The position numbers and the translations under genes are program-made. Below, piece by piece: positions 54,852 to 64,000 of a stretch of DNA of 64,000 nucleotides. Positions within the stretch are counted from its first letter, which is position 1; every line of letters begins with the position of its first letter. Below the pieces are notes generated by a model. The model saw only the letters and a program-made list of their open reading frames with translations, was not told the origin of the DNA and made no database searches. The stretch lies in the sequence record MH791411.1; one strand, written 5' to 3'. The DNA comes from Escherichia phage Ecwhy_1.

Positions 54852-54939
54852 TATTTCAACTCTCCATGTTTTAAATCCAATAGGTACATTCCTTGTACCA
54901 TCAATGTTATTATAGCACCAAAAACGTCTTTGTCCCACG

Positions 54940-54947
54940 TATAAATA
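54940..54947 (+). promoter_or_regulatory. late promoter -10-like element TATAAATA upstream of first baseplate-module gene
   Basis: CACGTATAAATACATC ~36 nt upstream of ATG 54983; divergent from the sigma gene. Confidence 0.45.
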
Positions 54948-54982
54948 CATCAAATGTTCCCTTCTTATGGAGAATCAAAAAG

Positions 54983-55714
54983 ATGATTGATCGTAGAATC
55001 CGATTAAGACCTAAAACCGCAGGTGCTAACTATGTGTATGGTGATTTTGGCAACAGTTCAGAACCAACATTGCTATCGTTTCTGCGTCCAACAAATGGTT
55101 TGGTTTGGACTGTAACCCCAACTGTAACTGAACAAAGGTCGGTTCAATATGAAACACAGTCCCCTATACATACTAACAGTAACTACAACAACTACAAGAA
55201 TACAACAAACACTGTTTTCACTATTCAAGGTGAGTTTTATGCGAACACTGCTGCTGAAGCAATGTATGCATTGGCTTGTGTTCATTTTATTCGTTCCGTG
55301 TCCTTAATGGACTTTGGTCGTCAAGCAGCATCTGCTAATAATCCCGAACTAGCAATTGCAGGTGCACCACCGCCAATTTTACTATTAAGTGGGTATGGTC
55401 GTTATACATATAATGATATTCCTGTTATTTTGAAAGCATATAATTTTACATATCCAAATGATGTTTCTTACATTCAGGTTCCATTGAATAGTAGTGATAG
55501 TACTTTTAATTTATCTGATATGGATAGTCGTAAATTCTTCGAACAGCTTAGAAGTACTGGATATATGAATCCACAAGATGAGGTATGGGTTCCACAGAAA
55601 ATATCGGTAACGCTTCAACTTGAAGAACAACCAACATCTGATTACATGACTAAAAAGTTCAACCTAAATGCATTTAAGCGTGGTGAACTATTACGTAATG
55701 GAGGATTTATCTAA
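54983..55714 (+). CDS. putative baseplate/tail-tube-associated protein (gp48/gp54-like?), tentative
   Basis: Start at MIDRRIR with GGAG RBS; first gene of plus-strand late module. Confidence 0.45.
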   Translation: MIDRRIRLRPKTAGANYVYGDFGNSSEPTLLSFLRPTNGLVWTVTPTVTEQRSVQYETQSPIHTNSNYNNYKNTTNTVFTIQGEFYANTAAEAMYALACVHFIRSVSLMDFGRQAASANNPELAIAGAPPPILLLSGYGRYTYNDIPVILKAYNFTYPNDVSYIQVPLNSSDSTFNLSDMDSRKFFEQLRSTGYMNPQDEVWVPQKISVTLQLEEQPTSDYMTKKFNLNAFKRGELLRNGGFI

Positions 55715-56028
55715 TGTCCAATTATAGTCAATACTCTCCTTATGCAAAGGTTAAACAAACGTGGTATCTTGGTTACAATTTACCACGTGATATGGTTCCT
55801 GCTGATACTGACGACTTCTATGTAATTCCATTGAAGTATGAGCATCAACCTTGGCGTTTAGCATACGAAATGTATGGTAATGAACGTCTGTATTATGTAT
55901 TTGCCCTATTGAATCCTGATATATTAGGAGAAGACCCAATATACAATTTTAATAGTGGTATCACAATTCGTGTTCCCTCAAATCAACGAGTGCAAAACTA
56001 TTTGAACGGTACTCGTAACATAGGTTAA
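55714..56028 (+). CDS. hypothetical baseplate-module protein (104 aa)
   Basis: Coupled to neighbours within late module. Confidence 0.4.
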   Translation: MSNYSQYSPYAKVKQTWYLGYNLPRDMVPADTDDFYVIPLKYEHQPWRLAYEMYGNERLYYVFALLNPDILGEDPIYNFNSGITIRVPSNQRVQNYLNGTRNIG

Positions 56029-56039
56029 TGGAGTAAAGT

Positions 56040-58295
56040 ATGGCAGATTTACAAAGTTCTGTTGATAATTTTAAAAATGATATTTCAAACATCACAAGTT
56101 CTGCAAAGGCAGCAAAAGAAACTGCAACAAGTACTATTGAAAGCTTAAAAGCCACTGCTAATACTTTGCAAAATGATCTTGAAAAAGTAAAAAACAATTT
56201 TAAAGCTAAGGTTAGTAACGTACAGTCTTTACCAAAGCAAAGTGCAAGCGTTGACCAAGTGTATGAAGACTTGGATCTAAGTGAGTTTGTTATTCCTTAT
56301 GACAATAAATTGTTAAAGTATGACAATCCAACTTGGCACTTTTCCCTTTTCGCATTAGACAAGGATGATTTCAAAAACTTCTGGCTTTACCCAGATGCTG
56401 AAGTTCAACGTCATGTCATCTCTGAAAGTGGTGTAACTGGAAAGTATAATATCACAAGTGTTCAGATGACGCAAGCTGGTCCTTCAACTCCAGGGATGAC
56501 AACCAACTATTGCTTCAACACAGCAGTACTGAACCTTTCAGAAAACAATAGTATGAGTTTATATGATGAACTAATTTCTTTAAGTAATAAACTAAGGTAT
56601 CATAAGTTCATGGACTTACCTTTAATATTAGAATTGAAATTTATTGGATTCAATACTAATGGTGTACCTGAAACTATACCAGAAACAACTCGTAAATGGT
56701 CCGTGAAGATTAACAGTGTTACCGCTAGTGCATCACAAAGTGGTAGTACTATGATGTATTCTATGAGTCTTGTTCATAACCGTACTGCTCTAGTGGATAA
56801 CGTTGAATGGACTCTTAAAGAACCATTTAACTGCACAGCAGAAAACTTTGGTGATTTTTGTTTTGATTTGGAAGATAAATTGAATCAAATGGCAGACCAA
56901 CAATATGGTTATTTGCGTTATAAATTTGGTGAGTTAGCAGAAGGGAAGTTCTTTGAATTTAAAGTTGCACCAGATTTACAGGATTTGTTTATAAACTATG
57001 ATTCTAAACAGATGGCAGAAGCTGGAGCTACAAAAAGTGGTGCACAGGGTTCTAAAAACTTTTCATGGAATCCAAGTACTCCAATTTCTCGAATTATCGA
57101 TGACGTAATAGATACCTGTACTGTACAGGCTGATGATAGTACTAGTGTTCGTCAATTTGTTAATATAATCCCACTTAAACAGTATGTTGGATTTGATAAT
57201 TACCGAAACACGTCAGTTTATAAAGTTGTTTTCTATATAGTTCGTTTTAAAATTGGTGATATTGTTCATGAATCCGATTTACAGCCAGAAAACTTTACAT
57301 TTGAGTATTTCTTTGAAAATGCCGAGAAATATGTAGACCCAAATGACCAAAAACCAAAGATTAACATGAAAACTTACAATTATCAGTTTAGTGGACTCAA
57401 TAGTGAGATTCTAGACCTTGATTTGAAGTTTGACCAGCAATTCTTTGTGGCTACAACTCGTAACCCTGGACCAATACAGGATGTTGCTAACCACGCTGGT
57501 ACTCATACCTCCCAAGAATTGAATATACAAGGGGTTCAGTACAACAGTATACCAGATGCATGGGCAAAAACAAGTGATTTACGCGTTACACGTGATCTTG
57601 GTGGTATGTTAACACAGGCCCAGGAACAACTACTCAATAAAGTTGAAACTTTAGCAAAAGAACAAATGCAAGTTGGTAATGCTGAAGAACAGGATCGTTA
57701 TAATAACTATCAAGTAAACGTTCTACCACAGTATATTGAAGATTATGTAACCACATATGAAGAAAATGACGGTGGAACCGATGGAATTGGTCATCGATAT
57801 GGTGAAGTGTTTACAATGCCGACTGAAGCAACAAATAATGAAACAACATTGTCTGCATCATTGAACGATAACAGTAGCACATATGAAATGGATCGCCGTA
57901 AAATTCGTGACAACTATTACAATCGTCCATTCTTGTGTAAATTGGATATGCGTGTTGTTGGTGACCCATTCTGGTTGGGTTGGAGTGATTATTCATATAT
58001 CCAATATCTTGAACAGGTAATTAATGGGGAAGATATGGAAATTAATCCCGAAGATTACCATGTTGCTAACTATATTACATCTGAAGCATATCTTTTATTG
58101 AAATTACAACCTGTGGTTTCTATAAATGATAATACTGGTGTTCTTGATATTAATACACCAACTACATTTAACCAAACTGTATATCGTGTTAACAAAATTG
58201 TTCATGATTTTGGTGCAGGTGGTTCATTTACACAACAAATTCAGGCTGCAATTGTAATTCGTGCACTCAAACGTCACGATAGTATAATTGAATAA
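56040..58295 (+). CDS. putative baseplate hub/structural protein (751 aa)
   Basis: Large ORF directly upstream of the gp5-like spike gene; GGAG RBS. Confidence 0.5.
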   Translation: MADLQSSVDNFKNDISNITSSAKAAKETATSTIESLKATANTLQNDLEKVKNNFKAKVSNVQSLPKQSASVDQVYEDLDLSEFVIPYDNKLLKYDNPTWHFSLFALDKDDFKNFWLYPDAEVQRHVISESGVTGKYNITSVQMTQAGPSTPGMTTNYCFNTAVLNLSENNSMSLYDELISLSNKLRYHKFMDLPLILELKFIGFNTNGVPETIPETTRKWSVKINSVTASASQSGSTMMYSMSLVHNRTALVDNVEWTLKEPFNCTAENFGDFCFDLEDKLNQMADQQYGYLRYKFGELAEGKFFEFKVAPDLQDLFINYDSKQMAEAGATKSGAQGSKNFSWNPSTPISRIIDDVIDTCTVQADDSTSVRQFVNIIPLKQYVGFDNYRNTSVYKVVFYIVRFKIGDIVHESDLQPENFTFEYFFENAEKYVDPNDQKPKINMKTYNYQFSGLNSEILDLDLKFDQQFFVATTRNPGPIQDVANHAGTHTSQELNIQGVQYNSIPDAWAKTSDLRVTRDLGGMLTQAQEQLLNKVETLAKEQMQVGNAEEQDRYNNYQVNVLPQYIEDYVTTYEENDGGTDGIGHRYGEVFTMPTEATNNETTLSASLNDNSSTYEMDRRKIRDNYYNRPFLCKLDMRVVGDPFWLGWSDYSYIQYLEQVINGEDMEINPEDYHVANYITSEAYLLLKLQPVVSINDNTGVLDINTPTTFNQTVYRVNKIVHDFGAGGSFTQQIQAAIVIRALKRHDSIIE

Positions 58296-58308
58296 GGAAT
58301 AATTTAAG

Positions 58309-60972
58309 ATGGCAGATACAAGTAAGAAATATGCCCAACAACAGTTGGGTCGTTTTGACCCTTCGTATCCACAACTAGCAACCGTGATGGATAACCGTGA
58401 CCCAACTAAATCCGGTAAGCTAAAAGTGTGGATTCAAGGTTCACAAAGTGATAAAAATTCAAAAGAGTCATGGATTGAAGCATCATACATGTCTCCATTC
58501 GCTGGTAAAACTCCAGGGATACCAAGTGCTGATGCTTATGGTCAATATCCAAAGGGATATGGTTTTTGGGCGGTTCCACCTGATGTCGGATGTACTGTTG
58601 TTGTTATATTTGCACAAGCAAGAACATTCCAAGCGTATTGGATTGGTTGTGTTTATGACCAACGTATGAATACGATGGTTCCTGGGATGGCTACTGAAAT
58701 AAGCAACTATGCTGGTACTGATATGCCATTACCCGTAACTGATTATGACCGTAATACAATTTCTACCAGTACTCAAGACAAATATGCAAACGTTCCAATT
58801 ATTGCAGGTCTGAAAAAACAAAACTTACTTTATGATGAGGAAGCGGGTGTTGCTAACCGTAGCAGTACTCGCCAGACCACCAGTACTGTTTATGGTCTTT
58901 CCTCACCTCGTGGTAACAGTTTTATTATTGATGATGGTTACACAGAAGAAGAATTAACAGCACCTACATGGGATCAAGATCCAGATGGTTATCAGGATAC
59001 CCAATTCAATAACCCAGTGAACGATACTCGTGTTGGTTCTCGTAAAAATGAAGGCGTTGTAATTAAAACACGTAGTGGTGCACAGTTGTTGTTATCTGAA
59101 GCCTCTGGTGATGTTCTTTTAATTAACCGTGATGGTACTGCACGTATTAAATTCACTGGTGAAGGTGATATTGAAATGCACTGTGATAAGAATATTAACA
59201 TTCGTGCAGGTCAAGATATTAACATGGTTGCTGGACGCTCATATAATATTGAAAGTGGAGCAGACTTCAATGCTCGTGTTGGTGCAAACACTAAACTAGA
59301 TTTGGTTGGTGCATTGGATGCTAAAGTTGGTGGTCAGGTTGTTATTAACGCTGGAGCAGATTTACGTTTAGTAACAGCAGCTTCATTACGTATGCAAAGT
59401 GGTAGCAGTACTGATATAACTGCTGGTTCTAATGCGTCAATCTCTGCTGCTACCAGTGCTAATCTTATTGGTTCTTCATCAGCTATTATTAGTGGTGGTG
59501 GTCAAACTCTTACTGTTAACAGTGGTGGTAATAGTGGTACTGCTGAATTTAATGCACCAAACTTCCGCACCCCATCTGCTGGCTTGAATGATCATATACA
59601 TGATATATCGGCTTGGGTTGATGCTGAGAATCACGGCAGTACTGTTGAACCTCCACGTCAAGGTGGTGGTAGTGGGAATAGTGAATCCCCAGTTCAACCT
59701 GAACCTGCTAATGATGTAGCTCCAACTTTAGCTCCAGTACAGGACACTGAAGCAATTCAATATGTAAATTATACAACAGAAACAGAACAAGTTCAAACAC
59801 AAGATTTAATGACTTCTGATCCTGGTATGACTGGTTATAGCATTACGTATGAAGGTCTTCATATGTTCATGCCGTGTAGTGGAACCATTCGCCAATACGG
59901 TTATTGGGGGAAAGGTGTCCCGACTAGTGGTGGTGGTAAAGCTGATAGAAGTGGCTGGGAAATACAGTGCAAGGGTGATGTTGTAGCTCCAGATGGCGGT
60001 GTAGTTGTTATCACTAATGGTGCTTTATTGGTTCAACATAAGTCTGGATATAAATCTGTATTTTATAATATTCAATCAGATTTGCTCAATAAAGACGTTG
60101 TTCAAAAAGGTCAAGTTATCGGTAAAGCTAATGGTGTTATTCAATTTGAAATAAGAGTTACCTCTGCCAACGTACTAGGATTTAGTGGTTCAGTTGACCC
60201 TGGATTATTCTATGCATCCCAGACTGGTACAGGTTCTGAAGCGGGAAATAAAACATTAATTGCAGGACAAGCAACGAACCAAGCAGCACCGAAAGCTGTT
60301 GTTCAACCTTCTGTTGATAGTGATGAATTAGTTGTAACAACTAAAATTAAAACTATCGGTACTGGGTATTCTCAACGTGGTTCTCGTCATGTCCCTCGTC
60401 GTAGAAGAACACAACGTTCAGGTGGTACTCCAGCACCCACTGCACAAGAATCATACAATGTGGGTAATGTTGATAAGACTGCAATTGATTGGAAAGTTGT
60501 TCCAGGTGATTCACAATTTATTTCTGAATTGAAAGAATATGAAGGAACAATGGCGTATCAACAAGCTAAAGGATATTACCGCAATGGTAAATTCTGGAGA
60601 TATTTGGACAGTCGTGGGTTCCCAACCATCGGCTACGGACACTTGATCGTTGGTGGTGAAAACTTCTCTGGTGGGATTACCGAACAGGAAGCCAATGATA
60701 TGTTGGTGCGTGATAGTAGTAAGGCTATATATGACGCAAAATCCATTTACGCTTCTTATAAGATGAAAACACCTTACATGGCACAACAAGTTCTATGTCA
60801 AATGGTATTCCAGATGGGTAAAGGTGGTGTAATGAAATTTAAGTCAATGCTATCTGAAATGGCTAAAGGTAACTACAAGCAAGCTGCTGCTCAAATTCGA
60901 AATTCAGCTTGGTATCGTCAAACTACACGCCGTGCTGAATTAATGGCACGTAGATTAGAGGCATGTCAATAA
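58309..60972 (+). CDS. baseplate central spike protein (gp5-like) with beta-helical repeats, M23-like domain and C-terminal T4-type lysozyme domain
   Basis: 887 aa; Gly/Ser-rich repeats (VGANTKLDLVGALDAKVGGQVVINAGADL), M23-like beta segment (GWEIQCKGDVVAPDGGVVVI...), C-terminal GFPTIGYGHL...MVFQMGKGG...SAWYRQT lysozyme signature. Confidence 0.75.
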   Translation: MADTSKKYAQQQLGRFDPSYPQLATVMDNRDPTKSGKLKVWIQGSQSDKNSKESWIEASYMSPFAGKTPGIPSADAYGQYPKGYGFWAVPPDVGCTVVVIFAQARTFQAYWIGCVYDQRMNTMVPGMATEISNYAGTDMPLPVTDYDRNTISTSTQDKYANVPIIAGLKKQNLLYDEEAGVANRSSTRQTTSTVYGLSSPRGNSFIIDDGYTEEELTAPTWDQDPDGYQDTQFNNPVNDTRVGSRKNEGVVIKTRSGAQLLLSEASGDVLLINRDGTARIKFTGEGDIEMHCDKNINIRAGQDINMVAGRSYNIESGADFNARVGANTKLDLVGALDAKVGGQVVINAGADLRLVTAASLRMQSGSSTDITAGSNASISAATSANLIGSSSAIISGGGQTLTVNSGGNSGTAEFNAPNFRTPSAGLNDHIHDISAWVDAENHGSTVEPPRQGGGSGNSESPVQPEPANDVAPTLAPVQDTEAIQYVNYTTETEQVQTQDLMTSDPGMTGYSITYEGLHMFMPCSGTIRQYGYWGKGVPTSGGGKADRSGWEIQCKGDVVAPDGGVVVITNGALLVQHKSGYKSVFYNIQSDLLNKDVVQKGQVIGKANGVIQFEIRVTSANVLGFSGSVDPGLFYASQTGTGSEAGNKTLIAGQATNQAAPKAVVQPSVDSDELVVTTKIKTIGTGYSQRGSRHVPRRRRTQRSGGTPAPTAQESYNVGNVDKTAIDWKVVPGDSQFISELKEYEGTMAYQQAKGYYRNGKFWRYLDSRGFPTIGYGHLIVGGENFSGGITEQEANDMLVRDSSKAIYDAKSIYASYKMKTPYMAQQVLCQMVFQMGKGGVMKFKSMLSEMAKGNYKQAAAQIRNSAWYRQTTRRAELMARRLEACQ

Positions 60973-61009
60973 ATATTTCAGTACTATAAATAATAATGAG
61001 GAAATCTTT

Positions 61010-61498
61010 ATGAGTAAATGGGAAATCAAAAATACCGACGAACAATTTTTTAAAGAAATTAAAGAATTTGAAGGTACTATTGCGTATCAGAAAAAACTTG
61101 GTTATTTTAAAAATGATAAGTTTTGGGTATATAAAGACAGTCTAGGTCTTGATACCATTGGTTACGGTCACCTTGTACTTAAGGGTGAAAGTTTCAAAAA
61201 TGGACTCACTGAAGCAGAAGCTGATGCTCTCCTTATAAAAGATGCTCAGACCGCTTACAATGACGCAAAATCAATCTATGATCAATTTGGAATGACTGCT
61301 CCAGTACAGGTTCAGCGTGTATTGTGGTTTATGGTGTTCCAAATGGGTAAATCAAAAGTTTTAAATTTCAAAAAAGCGATGGCTGCTCTCGGTCGTGGTG
61401 ATTATAAAACTGCTGGTAAAGAAATGCGTGATAGTTCGTGGTACAAACAAACCACATCCAGAGCGGAGAAGATGGCTCGCATCGTCGAATCCGTATAA
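61010..61498 (+). CDS. T4-type lysozyme (GH24 muramidase), standalone
   Basis: 162 aa; EFEGT, LDTIGYGHL, MVFQMGKSKV, SSWYKQT match T4 lysozyme catalytic/signature regions; paralogous to the spike C-domain. Confidence 0.8.
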   Translation: MSKWEIKNTDEQFFKEIKEFEGTIAYQKKLGYFKNDKFWVYKDSLGLDTIGYGHLVLKGESFKNGLTEAEADALLIKDAQTAYNDAKSIYDQFGMTAPVQVQRVLWFMVFQMGKSKVLNFKKAMAALGRGDYKTAGKEMRDSSWYKQTTSRAEKMARIVESV

Positions 61499-61513
61499 TA
61501 AAGGAAACACATA

Positions 61514-61909
61514 ATGGCAATTGTTTTTAAAGGTTTTTCAACTCCAGTAGTTGGAAGAACTGAAACATTGTATGACAGTGAATTGGTTCGTCAGGATTTA
61601 ATGAATCATTTCAATACAAAAAAAGGTGAACGTGCATTTGATGCTGATTATGGGTTCATTGCGTGGGATTTGCTATTTGAATTGGATGGTTATAATACAA
61701 TCAACCTTTTGGAAGCAGATGCCCGTAGAATTATTAGCTTGGACCCACGTTTAAGCTTAAAGAAACTTCAAATATCAAGAATTGAGTACGGTTATCAGAT
61801 GGATATAGTACTTGAATATGTTGTTCTCAATACTCTTGAAGAATTAACTATAGTTTTTGATGCAAGAAGTAACAACAGAATGGCTACCTATTCTGTATCA
61901 TCTTTGTAA
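61514..61909 (+). CDS. baseplate wedge protein gp25-like (GPW/gp25 family)
   Basis: 131 aa; KKGERAFDADYGFIAWDLLFE resembles gp25 core; followed by gp6-like gene. Confidence 0.7.
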   Translation: MAIVFKGFSTPVVGRTETLYDSELVRQDLMNHFNTKKGERAFDADYGFIAWDLLFELDGYNTINLLEADARRIISLDPRLSLKKLQISRIEYGYQMDIVLEYVVLNTLEELTIVFDARSNNRMATYSVSSL

Positions 61910-61918
61910 ATTATAAAA

Positions 61919-61944
61919 GCACTCTTCGGGGTGCTTTTCTTTTT
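61919..61944 (+). terminator. rho-independent terminator/attenuator (GCACTC-TTCG-GGGTGC, UUCG tetraloop, T-run)
   Basis: Hairpin and T-run directly after the gp25-like stop. Confidence 0.6.
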
Positions 61945-62011
61945 GGATAAATATTTCTATATATAATTCCCAGTACTGAACTAGTACTTTACTGATTTAA
62001 AGGAATAAATT

Positions 62012-64000
62012 ATGTCACAACAAAAAAGGCAATCAAATTTATACGCTGGTGAAGATTGGACTCAAGTATATGAAAGCTTTTATAAGATCAATCTAACAGC
62101 TTATGACTTTGATACAATCCGTCAAAGTATGATTGACTATCTACGTGCTACGTACCCAGATTCTTTCAACGACTGGATCGAAAACGACCAGTTCATCTTT
62201 ATTCTAGATACCATTTCTATGCTAGGACAGAACTTAGCATTCCGTATGGATTTAAACACTCGTGAGAACTTCCTAGATACTGCTACTCGTCGTGCATCAG
62301 TACTGAAACTCGCAAAAATGATTTCTTACTCTCCACGCCGTTCATATCCAGGTCGTGCAGTTGCTAAATTAACAGAAATAAAAACCAACCAAGACGTTCG
62401 TAATAGTTTTAACGAATCACTTAAGGATAAAATCATTCGTTGGAATGACCCAATGGACACAAACTGGTATGAGAACTTCATTCTAGTTATGAACAGTTCA
62501 TTTGTCAGTACTAACCAGTTTGGTAATCCGGTTAAACGTATCGATATCAATGGTGTTTCTCGTCAGCTATATCGTATGAATACAATTCCAATGTCAGCAC
62601 CAAGTCTTCCATTCACAGCTACAGTTAATGGTGAATCGATGACATTTGAAGTTGTCAACCCTGATATTACAGCAGTTGGTGTTGAAGAGCGTCACCCTGA
62701 ACCACAAGAGCAAAAATATATCGTTTATCAGAATGATGGTAACGGATTTAGTTCACCAAATACTGGTTTCTTCGTTTATTTTGTTCAAGGGACATTGACA
62801 TACCAAGATTACCAATATAATATTCGTGAAGAAAACCGTATCCAAGACATCAACGTAGATAATATCAACGAAACTGATGTTTGGGTTCAGGAAATCAACG
62901 AAGATGGTATTGTACGTACTAAATGGACCAAAGTTCCATCTATGGAAAGTATCGCATACAATACTGTTAACCGTCAACTAAAAACAATCTTTGCTGTCAC
63001 AACTCGTGATAAAGACCAGATTACTATTAAGTATCCTGATTCTCGTAGTGGTGTTGTTCCTCGTGGGACGTATCGTGTATGGTATCGTGTTAGTAATGGT
63101 GAAACATACAACATTAAAACGTCTGAAATCCAGAACAAAAGTGTAAAATACACCTATAGAACCAAAACACAATCAAGCTATGAATCCAGTACTTTGGATA
63201 TTCGTTTCACATTGCAATATGAATCAGATCGTGCACAAAGTGCAGAAACAATTGAACAAATTAAGGCTCGTGCTCCACAAATGTATTACACTCAAAACCG
63301 TTTTGTTAACGGCGAAGACTATAACATTGCTCCGTTGAGTTTGGGTAACACAGTTCTTAAATCGAAAGCAATTAACCGTTTATATAGTGGACAGTCACGA
63401 TTCATTGATATTAATGATCCAACTGGTAAGTATCAAAACACTGATGTGTTTAGTGATGATGGTTCAATGTATCAAGAAAACACACAATTTAATAAATCTT
63501 TACAATTACCAACTACCAAAACAAATGCTAGTATTGTAATTGATAATATTCAGCCATTGATTGGTGAGAATGCTGTAATCCAACGTTATCAAGCATATCC
63601 ACCGAATACAATTGGTATTGAAATTCAACAAAAATGGACACCTGAATACAATTCTAATTACGCAACTAATACGTATGGTCGTATTATGGGGGCAACAGGT
63701 AACGTATTCGGAAATTATCAAGTTGGTACGTTGATTAAGTTTTCAAATGCCGGAACTACTGTGTGGGCTAGTATTGTTAGTGTTCTTGATAATGGATATT
63801 ACGTTCTAAGTACTTCAGTTTCATCAAATATGCAAGCACAAGAGTACATTTTACAATACAGAACACGTTTTAATAGTGTCGAAGTGCAAGCAATCGCTGC
63901 AATGCTTGATAAAAAGACAGATTTTGTTATTATTCATGATAAAGAAACAACTTCTTGGATTCCATTAGAAATCAGTACTGATGAAGATACTATTTCTTAT
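62012..64000 (+). CDS. baseplate wedge protein gp6-like (Baseplate J-like), 5' portion; gene continues beyond window end
   Basis: ATG at ~62012 (AAAGGAA upstream); open frame of >660 codons to the window end with no stop. Assignment from position after gp25-like gene and size. Confidence 0.5.
   Translation, partial: MSQQKRQSNLYAGEDWTQVYESFYKINLTAYDFDTIRQSMIDYLRATYPDSFNDWIENDQFIFILDTISMLGQNLAFRMDLNTRENFLDTATRRASVLKLAKMISYSPRRSYPGRAVAKLTEIKTNQDVRNSFNESLKDKIIRWNDPMDTNWYENFILVMNSSFVSTNQFGNPVKRIDINGVSRQLYRMNTIPMSAPSLPFTATVNGESMTFEVVNPDITAVGVEERHPEPQEQKYIVYQNDGNGFSSPNTGFFVYFVQGTLTYQDYQYNIREENRIQDINVDNINETDVWVQEINEDGIVRTKWTKVPSMESIAYNTVNRQLKTIFAVTTRDKDQITIKYPDSRSGVVPRGTYRVWYRVSNGETYNIKTSEIQNKSVKYTYRTKTQSSYESSTLDIRFTLQYESDRAQSAETIEQIKARAPQMYYTQNRFVNGEDYNIAPLSLGNTVLKSKAINRLYSGQSRFIDINDPTGKYQNTDVFSDDGSMYQENTQFNKSLQLPTTKTNASIVIDNIQPLIGENAVIQRYQAYPPNTIGIEIQQKWTPEYNSNYATNTYGRIMGATGNVFGNYQVGTLIKFSNAGTTVWASIVSVLDNGYYVLSTSVSSNMQAQEYILQYRTRFNSVEVQAIAAMLDKKTDFVIIHDKETTSWIPLEISTDEDTISY

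Overview
This window reads as a contiguous, densely coded segment of a distantly T4-like (Straboviridae-type) myovirus genome, AT-rich (roughly 35% GC by eye). All calls rest on motif recognition in the supplied six-frame translations and on reading the DNA by eye; no searches were run, and coordinates of small regulatory features may be off by 1-2 nt. Positions 1-36 kb are almost entirely minus-strand early/middle genes: class Ia ribonucleotide reductase (nrdB, nrdA), many small unknown ORFs, gp41-like helicase, gp61-like primase, UvsW-like helicase, a DnaQ-like exonuclease, UvsX recombinase, gp32-like SSB, terminase large subunit (split by a +1 frameshift), RNase H/FEN, a GroES-like co-chaperonin, a clamp-like protein and a family-B DNA polymerase. 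Positions 36-48 kb (minus strand) hold a morphogenesis block: tail fibre with HxH motifs plus a putative chaperone, two T5orf172-type homing-endonuclease-like genes, gp23-like major capsid protein, scaffold, gp21-like prohead protease, acidic core protein, portal and a tape-measure-like protein. Positions 48-64 kb hold an ~840 bp non-coding region, an EndoVII-like gene, gp46/gp47 (Rad50/Mre11-like) and a gp55-like late sigma factor on the minus strand, then a plus-strand baseplate module (gp5-like spike with C-terminal lysozyme, a second lysozyme, gp25-like, gp6-like running off the window). I found no rRNA, tRNA or CRISPR array. The observations I rate highest are (1) a dispersed palindrome TCAGTACTGA / core AGTACT that is strongly over-represented in coding and non-coding DNA, (2) the terminase large-subunit gene interrupted by a +1 frameshift exactly at its Walker A motif, (3) the long structured non-coding region at 49.5-50.3 kb, (4) a novel tandem-repeat protein between nrdA and nrdB, and (5) an unusual spike protein architecture with an adjacent duplicated lysozyme.
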